Assembly (NCBI GenBank): GCA_963743365.1
Contig: CAVUQE010000013.1
Span: forward strand, 16,513 to 80,512
DNA length: 64,000 nucleotides
Direction of reading: 5' to 3'
From: an uncultured Acidobacteriaceae bacterium
GTDB lineage: Bacteria > Acidobacteriota > Terriglobia > Terriglobales > Acidobacteriaceae
Positions within the stretch are counted from its first letter, which is position 1; each line of letters starts with the position of its first letter. The notes under the pieces were generated by a model. It ran no database searches. It was not told where the DNA came from and worked only from the letters and a program-made list of their open reading frames with translations. Made by a program: the position numbers and the translations under genes. Below are positions 56,808-64,000 of the stretch, one piece after another.

Positions 56808-57697
56808 ACTGCGTCAATCATCCTGATGTTGCGGCTGCTGCCTATTGTCAGAACTGTGGAAAGCCACTGTGCACCGGGTGCATGCGCTCGGTGGGAGGCG
56901 TGATCTACTGCGAACCCTGTCTGGCGGCTCGCTTGTCTTCTCCAGCCCCGGGCGGCAACGCCTACCCGGATGCCGCTGTGAACGCCTTGCATGCCCATCC
57001 CGTCCTGGCCGGCCTCCTGGGTTTCATCCCCGGCGTCGGCGCCATGTACAACGGCCAATACATCAAAGCCCTGGCCCACGTGCTCATCTTCGCGGTGTTC
57101 GTCAGCCTTTCCGATAAGAGCTTTGTCTTCGCCTTGCTGCTCGCGGCGTGGATCTTTTATCAGGTCTTTGACGCCGCCCAGACGGCCAAGGCGCGTCGCG
57201 ACGGATTGCCCCTGCCCAATCCCTTCGGTCTCAACGACCTGGGGACCAAACTGGGCATGGCTCCTACACCAGGGGCCGCGCCGTATGTCGCCGGATTTGC
57301 TCCCGGCCCTGCTGCCGGCGGTCCGGCGGTCACCCCGGATCCGGTGACAGGTCAATATCCACCCTCCGCCCCCAGTCAGGGTTTCGTGCAACCACCTCCC
57401 TATACCGCGTCCTACGGCGTGCCCCCTCCGCCCCCACCTGGTGCGGGCACGCCTTCCGGCCCAGGCGCTTACCCTCCGCCCCTATATGGCGCGCCGGGCT
57501 CCCTCGAATCCGCCGAACACAAGCATCCGGTGGGCGCCGTGGTGCTGATCGTCATCGGAATCGTACTGCTGCTGCAGACGCTGGGGGTGTTTGAAGAGGA
57601 GTGGATCAGCCGCGCCTGGCCGCTGGCGATTATCGGTGTCGGCGCCTGGCTGCTTTACCGCAGAACGCGGGATACGCCGAGAGGAGGTTCGCAATGA
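56804..57697 (+). CDS. B-box-type zinc-finger membrane protein with a C-terminal LiaF-like TM hairpin
   Basis: ATGA overlap with the anti-sigma gene. N-terminus CVNHPDVAAAAYCQNCGKPLCTGCMRSVGGVIYCEPC, followed by TM segments, a Pro-rich linker, then VVLIVIGIVLLLQTLG...WPLAIIGVGAWLL. Confidence 0.72.
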   Translation: MNCVNHPDVAAAAYCQNCGKPLCTGCMRSVGGVIYCEPCLAARLSSPAPGGNAYPDAAVNALHAHPVLAGLLGFIPGVGAMYNGQYIKALAHVLIFAVFVSLSDKSFVFALLLAAWIFYQVFDAAQTAKARRDGLPLPNPFGLNDLGTKLGMAPTPGAAPYVAGFAPGPAAGGPAVTPDPVTGQYPPSAPSQGFVQPPPYTASYGVPPPPPPGAGTPSGPGAYPPPLYGAPGSLESAEHKHPVGAVVLIVIGIVLLLQTLGVFEEEWISRAWPLAIIGVGAWLLYRRTRDTPRGGSQ

Positions 57698-57960
57698 ATG
57701 CCTGGCTGTTCGTCCGCCGCCTGCGCGGGCCTGCTTTCCTGATCCTGGTCGGCGTCACCGCCCTGTTGAACCAGTGGGGCGTACTCAGCTTCGGCCGCAG
57801 CTGGCCCCTGTACCTGATCCTGGCCGGTATCCTGGGGCTGGCAGAACGGGCAGCGATCGCCGCCGCCCCTCCCCCGGTGCCGCCCCTCTATCCCGGCGCC
57901 TACGCGGGTTCCGGCTTGCCCGCGGCTGACCCGCTCAGCGATCCGAACAGGAGGGCGTGA
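57694..57960 (+). CDS. small membrane protein with a LiaF-like TM hairpin
   Basis: The ATG at 57694 overlaps the previous stop (ATGA). Sequence FLILVGVTALLNQWG...WPLYLILAGILGL. Confidence 0.6.
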   Translation: MNAWLFVRRLRGPAFLILVGVTALLNQWGVLSFGRSWPLYLILAGILGLAERAAIAAAPPPVPPLYPGAYAGSGLPAADPLSDPNRRA

Positions 57961-59504
57961 TGGCGACCCTGCCCCCTCCCTATTCGCAGCGGGACGCCGC
58001 CCGTGCGCAGCGCTACTACCGGCGATCTTTGCGCCGGCCCTCCATCATCGGCCCGCTGGTGCTGATCGTCGTTGGGGTGATCGCGCTGCTGGTCGAAACC
58101 AACAAGCTGAACGCCTTTCACCTGTGGGACTGGTATATCCGCTGGTGGCCCCTGCTGCTGATCGGCGTGGGCTTGCTCTCGCTCGGGGAATGGTGGCTGG
58201 ACGGCCGCCGCGGCAACGTCGGCCGCCGCTCTCACGGCGGCTTGGTGGCGCTGATTATCTGCCTCGCCATCCTCGGCTATGTGGTCAGCCGCACCAGCCA
58301 CTTTCACAGCATGCACTTCTTCGGTCATGGGGTGGACGAGGACGATGTCTTCTCTCACTTGTTCGGCCAGGAGCATGATGCCGACCATAACCTCAATCGG
58401 ACCATCCCGGCGGCCGCGTTGGTGGATATCCAGGTGCCCCATGGGGACGTGACCGTCACTCCTTCCGGCGACGATCAGATCCATGTGCAAGCGCACCAGG
58501 TGGTGTACGCGTCCAACGACCGCGACGCGCGGCGCAACCTGGAGGCGCTGGCTCCCCAGCTGACCATTAACGGCAAGAACGTAACCCTGCGCGCCGCCGA
58601 CGGAAACGATGGCCGCGCCGACCTGACCATCGAGATCCCCAACGGCGCTGTGCCCTCGGTCAACGCCGGACATGGCGACGTCACCATCGAGGGCCTGACC
58701 GGGGACGCGACCGTGGCCGCGATCCGCGGGGATGTCAAAGTGGACAATCTCACCGGGGGACTCCAGGTCCGCATGAGCAAGGGAGAGTTCAGCGCCCACG
58801 CCATCTCCGGAGCCTTGACGCTGCAGGGCCGGCTGGACGATGTCTCCATCTCCGACGTGCAGGGCAACGTCTCCTTGGACGGCGACTTCTTTGGGGATAC
58901 CGACCTGGCGCATATTGCCGCGCCGGTCCATTTTCATTCCAGCCGCACCGACGTAGAAGTGGCCAGCATCCCCGGAGATCTGGCCATCGACAGCGGCGAC
59001 CTGCAGCTGAACAACGCCACCGGGCCGGCGCGCATTTCCACCAGCGCCAAGGATGTGGAGTGCACCGGCATTGCCGGCGACCTGCATGTCGAGGATGGAG
59101 ACGGGGACATCTCGGTGGGCGCGATCGCCCCGCTGGGGGAACTGCAGATTCACAACCGCAACGGCGCTATCCACCTGACCGTACCCCAGGGCGCAGGCTT
59201 TCAACTGCAGGCCACGGCCAAGAACGGCAACATCGATTCCAAGCTGGATTTGCCTGTCAGTAGCGCCGGTGAGGGCCAGAGCATAAGCGGCAGGGTGGGT
59301 GCCGGCGGTCCCAAAGTCGAGCTGGTGGCCGATCACGGAGACATTGAGATCACCGGGATGGAGCCTCTTCCCCCGGAGCCGCCGACACCACCCGCTCCGC
59401 CCACACCACCTCCGCCGCCTGGGGCAAAATCCATGCGCCACCTGCGCCCCTCGAAAAGCGCCAGCGGCGATGGCGAGACGAGCGCGCAGCCCGTCGTTCA
59501 GTAG
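57960..59504 (+). CDS. LiaF-like TM hairpin fused to a DUF4097-type beta-strand repeat domain
   Basis: The start overlaps the previous stop (TGATG). The N-terminus reads LVLIVVGVIALLVETN...WWPLLLIGVGLLSLG. Repeated G(D/N)(V/I)x(V/I) strands follow (HGDVTVT, HGDVTIEG, RGDVKVDN, GDISVG, NGAIHLT, HGDIEIT). Confidence 0.8.
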   Translation: MATLPPPYSQRDAARAQRYYRRSLRRPSIIGPLVLIVVGVIALLVETNKLNAFHLWDWYIRWWPLLLIGVGLLSLGEWWLDGRRGNVGRRSHGGLVALIICLAILGYVVSRTSHFHSMHFFGHGVDEDDVFSHLFGQEHDADHNLNRTIPAAALVDIQVPHGDVTVTPSGDDQIHVQAHQVVYASNDRDARRNLEALAPQLTINGKNVTLRAADGNDGRADLTIEIPNGAVPSVNAGHGDVTIEGLTGDATVAAIRGDVKVDNLTGGLQVRMSKGEFSAHAISGALTLQGRLDDVSISDVQGNVSLDGDFFGDTDLAHIAAPVHFHSSRTDVEVASIPGDLAIDSGDLQLNNATGPARISTSAKDVECTGIAGDLHVEDGDGDISVGAIAPLGELQIHNRNGAIHLTVPQGAGFQLQATAKNGNIDSKLDLPVSSAGEGQSISGRVGAGGPKVELVADHGDIEITGMEPLPPEPPTPPAPPTPPPPPGAKSMRHLRPSKSASGDGETSAQPVVQ

Positions 59505-59513
59505 CGCCCTTTC

Positions 59514-59870
59514 GAGTCTGTGTGAGAACTCACCGATCCCGAATTCAGCCAGACTTGTCCAAATTCGAGGTGGGAGCCCCCGCATTTATGCAGGGGAAGG
59601 AGCGCTTTAGCGCTCTGTGAAAGAGTCTCGACTCTGATTGTGCGCTTTAGCGCTGGCAAGGCCAAAGTCTCATGAGTCCCTGCGTAAGAGAACTGCAACA
59701 GAGCTCATCCGCTCCCCGAGGCCCAGAGGGCCGACCGCCAAACGTCAGCCCAGCCCGGCAGGGCTGGGATATCCCAAGGATGCAACCCTGAGCGCCATAG
59801 GCGCGGCACTCACTCCGCTTCAGCCGTCCCTACGGGCCCGAGTTAGCCTGCGGCGTTCTCACACAGACTC
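59514..59870. repeat. 357-bp non-coding element bounded by perfect 16-bp inverted repeats (MITE-like)
   Basis: GAGTCTGTGTGAGAAC (59514-59529) is the exact reverse complement of GTTCTCACACAGACTC (59855-59870). The interior holds several hairpins, including two GCGCTTTAGCGC hairpins at 59596-59670. Confidence 0.5.
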
Positions 59871-59871
59871 T

Positions 59872-60564
59872 TCAGTGGCGGGCAGCAAGCCGTTCGGTGA
59901 TGATGGCTTCGACCCGTTCCACCACCTGGTCCAGCGAGAGGTGGGTGGAATCGATGATCACCGCGTCGGCCGCGGGCTCGAGCGGAGATTCGGCGCGGGT
60001 GCGGTCGCGGCGGTCGCGCTCGCGCAACTCCTGCAGCACGGACTCCGCTGCTACGGGTGCATCGGGGCCGTTCTGCTGATAGCGGCGCTGGCCGCGCACC
60101 TCGGCCGCCGCATCGAGAAAAATCTTCACCTCGGCGTTGGGGAAGACCTTGGTGCCGATATCTCTCCCTTCCATCACCACTCCACGGTCGGCGCCTAGCT
60201 GGCGCTGCATGGAAACCATCCATTGGCGAATGCCCGGGTGGACGCTCACGCGCGACGCGGCGGCGGTCACGTCGGCTTCGCGAATGCGCTTGGTCACGTC
60301 GACATCATCCAGGAAAACACGGTTCCCCAGCGCTGCCGGCAGCAGCCGGATGCGCGTCTTCAGGGCCAGCCGGCCGAGCTCTTCGCGGTCATCGACATCG
60401 CTATCGGTCTGGATGGCTTTGAGCGCGAAGGCGCGATACATGGCGCCGGTCTCCAGGTTCAGCAGCCCGAAGCGGGCCGCAATGCGCGCTGCGACGGTAC
60501 TCTTGCCGGCGCCTGCCGGGCCGTCGATGGCGACCACCAGGGGCGGGCTGTGGGGGTCTGTCAT
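59872..60564 (-). CDS. cmk: cytidylate kinase
   Basis: 230-aa ORF with P-loop VVAIDGPAGAGKSTVA and GRDIGT motifs. Confidence 0.95.
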   Translation of the reverse strand: MTDPHSPPLVVAIDGPAGAGKSTVAARIAARFGLLNLETGAMYRAFALKAIQTDSDVDDREELGRLALKTRIRLLPAALGNRVFLDDVDVTKRIREADVTAAASRVSVHPGIRQWMVSMQRQLGADRGVVMEGRDIGTKVFPNAEVKIFLDAAAEVRGQRRYQQNGPDAPVAAESVLQELRERDRRDRTRAESPLEPAADAVIIDSTHLSLDQVVERVEAIITERLAARH

Positions 60565-62813
60565 GCTTCTGGCTTTTTCCTATCCGGCTTGCGCCCGCGG
60601 AAGCTGGGCTTCCCTGGTTTTGCCGAAGAGCCACCGGGCCGCCCCCAGGACTTAGCTGGACGGGATCCAGGCACATAGGGCGGCCGCGGGCCGCGATCGC
60701 TGCGTCCTTTTCCGCCACCGCCGGGGCCAGGTTTGCTGCCCGGCCGCGCGTAGCCGGCAGATCGAGGGCGTTCATTGCCGGGTCCCCTGGGATTTGGTCT
60801 TGGGCGGGTATCCTGCCCAGCTCCACCCGTAGAAGGTGGCCGGGGGCCACTGGGCCTGGTCCCGGGCCTGACTGCGGGCCTGGATGGTCGCGGGAACGGG
60901 CGTCCCGAGCCAGCCCTGGGTTTGTCTGAACTTGGGTTGCCGGGCCGGGAAGCCCCGAATCTGGCAGGCCTGGGACCGCTCGGCCGCCCACCCCGCGGAG
61001 GAGGTCCGCTGCGTCGTTGCTCGCCCGGCGCTTGGCCAGCGCCCACTGGGTTAGACCGGTTAGACCGGTAGGGAGCCGGGGGACGATTGGCTCCATAACC
61101 GGACGGAGGGCTTGAAGTCCGACCTGGCGAGCGTCCTGGAGCACGGCTGGGCGCCGATCGTGACCTGGTCGGGTCTCCCGGCCCGCGCTCACCACGTGGC
61201 GCGCGCGGCGAGAACGCTCGAGTTCCCTCGCTTGTTGAGCCGGTACTCGGCCGGTCGCGGTGCGGTGCGGGGCGAAACGGCGCATCGCTGCGGCCGCCGG
61301 CGTGCGGAGGACGGGGAGCGGAGCTGGACTTCCTCCCCGGGAGAGCCCAAGGCTTGGGTCTCTCTCGTTTCTCGGCGCCACTCCACGCGCCCGGTCGATT
61401 CGGCCGTGTTCCACCGCGGGTATCCGGCCTTGCTGGGCGCGTACCCGGCGGTGCGGTGCCCGCTCTCGCAAAGGGCCGAGCTTCGCTGCGCGCAGGGGTC
61501 GCGGACGGACGCGCAGCCGATGCGGGACGAGGCTTCCCTCCTCCACCGATGCCTTCATCTTTTTGAGCCCAGCGAGCTCCGCCTGCCGGCGGTTTGCCTG
61601 ATGGCTTCCACGCAGGCCGTCCGGGGGCGCCGGGTCTTGCCGGTGGCTTCCATCCCGCATTGGCTGCTGGCCGCACGGTCGCCGGCTTTGCAGCCGGCCC
61701 CGCCTCCGGCGGCGGGGCGGATCTCGCCACAGACCCTGGCAGGGGCCCCGGCGCGGGCTTAGGGCGGCGGAAGATGGGAGCGGCCCCGGTAGACGGAGCG
61801 GCCATCGAGGCCGCGGGAGAATTTGGGCGAGCCGTCGCCTGGATCTTTCTCGGCCTGGGTCTCTCCACCGGGGTAGACGGGTGGGAAGCTTCCGTCTCCG
61901 CAGAGTCAGATGCGGTGCTTGGCGCTGCGAACTCCGGCAAGCCGTTTTCCAGGAAGTGGTAGGTCTGCGCGGCCATGGAGAGGGCGTGGAGCTGGCGCGT
62001 GGCGGACAATCCGCGCACCGCTTCCCGCACCCGCGAGCGCGAGGCTACGGGGGAGAGAAAGATCTCGATCTCTTCGCTGGTGGCCGCATACACCGACTGC
62101 AGGTACATGGAGACCAGCAGCGACAGCGCGGTTACCTGGGAGGTGGTGCTGCCGGTCTCGAGCGCCCCGCGATGGTGCACGCGCAGCATCTCCCAGCGCG
62201 CCGGCTGGCCCACTTCTTCCGCCAACACCGGGCTGATGCGCAGGGCTTGCCAAAGCTCGCACAGGGCGCGCAGCAGCGCGGCTTCGGTGAGCTCACGGCC
62301 CAGGGTCTCCCGGGCCTCGGCGGCCGTGAGCGCGCCCTCTTTGTCCAGAACCTTCCATAGCTCCAGCACCAGGGGAGAGACTTTGTGGCCGGAAGATTTT
62401 TGCGGCGCATGCTTCCAATCCGGATCGGCGCGCAGGGCAAGAACGTAGGGCAGTGCCTCGCGGTGAGCCAGGAAATCCGGTTGCTCCCCCACCGTGCCCA
62501 GCAGATTGAGCGGCACGGCGGTGCCGGCGGCGATCAGGCGCGTCAGCAGGCGCTGTGCCTGCTCGATGGCGGCTGCACCGGGCGTAGCCTGCCGGCTCCC
62601 TGTGCAAGCTTCGACGAACGAGGGCGCGGGCGCCGGCAACTGCGCCGCGCGCGGCAGATAAAGGCACAGGGGATGCTGGGCCAGCCAGCTCTCTGCTTCG
62701 TCGAGGGTGAGGATAGGGCTTTGCTGTTGGCGCCAGTGCGCCGCCCGTGCTGCCTGGAGTTGCTCTGCTATCAAGAAAGTCTCTTTTCGCGTGGTACTGC
62801 GACCGGACCGCAC
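60561..62813 (-). CDS. hypothetical protein: roughly 300-aa structured N-terminal domain plus a roughly 450-aa Arg/Pro/Gly/Ser-rich tail
   Basis: 750-aa ORF whose stop overlaps the cmk start (ATGA at 60561-60564). The N-terminal third has normal composition. From about ...ETEASHPSTPVERPRPRK to the C-terminus the sequence is low-complexity and basic. Confidence 0.72.
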   Translation of the reverse strand: MRSGRSTTRKETFLIAEQLQAARAAHWRQQQSPILTLDEAESWLAQHPLCLYLPRAAQLPAPAPSFVEACTGSRQATPGAAAIEQAQRLLTRLIAAGTAVPLNLLGTVGEQPDFLAHREALPYVLALRADPDWKHAPQKSSGHKVSPLVLELWKVLDKEGALTAAEARETLGRELTEAALLRALCELWQALRISPVLAEEVGQPARWEMLRVHHRGALETGSTTSQVTALSLLVSMYLQSVYAATSEEIEIFLSPVASRSRVREAVRGLSATRQLHALSMAAQTYHFLENGLPEFAAPSTASDSAETEASHPSTPVERPRPRKIQATARPNSPAASMAAPSTGAAPIFRRPKPAPGPLPGSVARSAPPPEAGPAAKPATVRPAANAGWKPPARPGAPGRPAWKPSGKPPAGGARWAQKDEGIGGGGKPRPASAARPSATPARSEARPFARAGTAPPGTRPARPDTRGGTRPNRPGAWSGAEKRERPKPWALPGRKSSSAPRPPHAGGRSDAPFRPAPHRDRPSTGSTSEGTRAFSPRAPRGERGPGDPTRSRSAPSRAPGRSPGRTSSPPSGYGANRPPAPYRSNRSNPVGAGQAPGEQRRSGPPPRGGRPSGPRPARFGASRPGNPSSDKPRAGSGRPFPRPSRPAVRPGTRPSGPRPPSTGGAGQDTRPRPNPRGPGNERPRSAGYARPGSKPGPGGGGKGRSDRGPRPPYVPGSRPAKSWGRPGGSSAKPGKPSFRGRKPDRKKPEA

Positions 62814-62895
62814 CCCAGGTGGGAGCTATCTCGATCAATCGTAGATACCGCCACAGTCGTGACAAAAGGGGTTCAAAAGCTATCGCAGGATAACC

Positions 62896-64000
62896 TTAGA
62901 TCCGATGAAATGCCCGCTGGATATCCTTCCAAGCATACCGCAGGACGATGGGACGGCCATGCGGACAGCTGGTGGGATGCTCGGTTCTGGCCAGCTCCGC
63001 CAGCAGCCATTCCATGCGCGCGGGATCGAGTGGCGTGTTCACTTTGATGGCCGCATGGCAGGCGATGGAGGCTGCGATCCGGGTGCGTGCGGCCTCCAGG
63101 TTCTCCGCCTGTTCGAGCGAGCCCGCCTGCTCCAGCACCTCGACCACCATGCGCTCCAGTGCGGAGCCTTCGAGCCCGGCCGGCGCCGCCTTGATGGCGA
63201 TGGTGCGCGGACCGAAAGGCTCCACCTCAAAACCATTGCCCTCGAGCTCGCGGGCAATGGCGGCGAAGGTGACCATCTGCGCCGGCAGCAGATCGATCAG
63301 CATGGGCATGAGCAGGCGCTGGCGCTCCACCTGCTGCGCCTGGCGCTGACGCAGCACGCGCTCGAACAGCACGCGCTCATGAGCCACGTGCTGATCGATG
63401 ATCCACAGCCCCTCCTGATTTACCGCCAGGATGAAGGAATCGCGCAACTGGCCCAGCGGCCGCAACGATGCCAAGCCATGCAGCGAGGGGCTCGCCTCTG
63501 CTTCCGCCTCGTCCTCTTGCGCCAGCACAGAGGAACAGCTGGAAGAGCGCACGCCGTTGGCGGCAGCCATGCTGCCTGGCTGTGCGCCGGAGCTTGGCTG
63601 CGCGCCGGGCACAATGGCCGCTGCGGGAAAGGGCAGCACGCCAGGAGACGGGGGAACGGCCGGGCCGGTCAGCTGAAAACCATCCGCTTCAAGATCGGGA
63701 AGGGGACCAGGCGACCACCCGCCGGAGCTGGGCGTCTCCCACTGGCCGAAGTTGGGCGACACTGAGCTCAGCGGAGAAACCAGCGCCGGCGTGGCCGTGG
63801 GATGGGTGGTGAGGGCCTGCAAAAAACCCGCCGCCGGCCGGCCCAGGGTCAGTTGATTGCGGATGGTGTCGCGCACAAAATCGTGCAGCCACGCAGCCTG
63901 GCGGAAACGGACTTCGGTCTTGGCCGGGTGGACGTTGACATCCACCTCCTCGGGCGGCATCTCCACAAACAGCAGCACCACGGGGAAAGAGGTGGGCGCA
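62896..64000 (-). CDS. mutL: DNA mismatch repair protein MutL, C-terminal part (N-terminus beyond the right edge)
   Basis: Contains the VDVNVHPAKTEVRF motif and a C-terminal dimerisation domain (GQLRDSFILAVNQEGLWIIDQHVAHERVLFE ... CPHGRP). The frame stays open to position 64000. Confidence 0.9.
   Translation of the reverse strand, partial: APTSFPVVLLFVEMPPEEVDVNVHPAKTEVRFRQAAWLHDFVRDTIRNQLTLGRPAAGFLQALTTHPTATPALVSPLSSVSPNFGQWETPSSGGWSPGPLPDLEADGFQLTGPAVPPSPGVLPFPAAAIVPGAQPSSGAQPGSMAAANGVRSSSCSSVLAQEDEAEAEASPSLHGLASLRPLGQLRDSFILAVNQEGLWIIDQHVAHERVLFERVLRQRQAQQVERQRLLMPMLIDLLPAQMVTFAAIARELEGNGFEVEPFGPRTIAIKAAPAGLEGSALERMVVEVLEQAGSLEQAENLEAARTRIAASIACHAAIKVNTPLDPARMEWLLAELARTEHPTSCPHGRPIVLRYAWKDIQRAFHRI

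Noticed and set aside
57900-59585. 561-aa minus-strand ORF.
   Set aside because: It is antisense to the DUF4097 gene, whose beta-repeat pattern and operon coupling are convincing. Its composition is typical of high-GC shadow ORFs.
60401-61660. 419-aa minus-strand ORF and several plus-strand ORFs (61112-61762 and 61594-61962) overlapping the Arg/Pro/Gly-rich tail.
   Set aside because: These are alternative frames of a low-complexity GC-rich tract. Only the 750-aa frame connects to a structured N-terminal domain and to the ATGA junction with cmk.
62905-63765. 286-aa plus-strand ORF.
   Set aside because: It is antisense to mutL.
1-64000. Looked for transposases, integrases, reverse transcriptases, phage genes, toxin-antitoxin pairs, CRISPR-Cas and known defence-system genes.
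   Set aside because: None of the ORF-track translations shows the corresponding catalytic motifs. The mobile-looking signals here are non-coding repeats only.

Overview
High-GC bacterial chromosomal segment. The gene content looks acidobacterial, which is an inference from family content: a TIGR03436-type VWA protein, a PadR plus ADOP-type duplicated permease pair, an ECF sigma plus Ser/Thr kinase pair, and regulators fused to TolB-like (PD40) propellers. No rRNA, tRNA, CRISPR array, transposase or integrase was seen. Core metabolism: the gcvT-gcvH-gcvPA-gcvPB operon (217-4899, minus strand), glgC, cmk, a partial mutL and a methylmalonyl-CoA-mutase catalytic subunit. The rest is mostly sensory and envelope genes: three ECF sigma factors, a 1922-aa soluble hybrid histidine kinase with about ten tandem 92-aa HAMP-pair units, a REC-PAS kinase, and two tandem MscS-like paralogues. 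There is also a Tat/Sec-exported oxidation cluster (PQQ dehydrogenase, DUF1080/FG-GAP protein, enolase-superfamily enzyme). Items most worth follow-up: (1) the poly-HAMP kinase; (2) an ECF sigma/anti-sigma operon translationally coupled to three proteins that each carry a LiaF-like membrane hairpin, one with a B-box zinc finger and one with DUF4097; (3) a heavily frameshifted ADOP permease next to an intact PadR gene; (4) a roughly 0.8 kb lower-GC patch that cuts off an NTF2-like gene and carries a Cys-rich 87-aa ORF; (5) two families of structured intergenic repeats, including a 357-bp element bounded by perfect 16-bp inverted repeats; (6) a 750-aa protein with a roughly 450-aa Arg/Pro/Gly/Ser tail coupled to cmk. 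All functional calls come from motif recognition by eye on the supplied translations. No database search was run.
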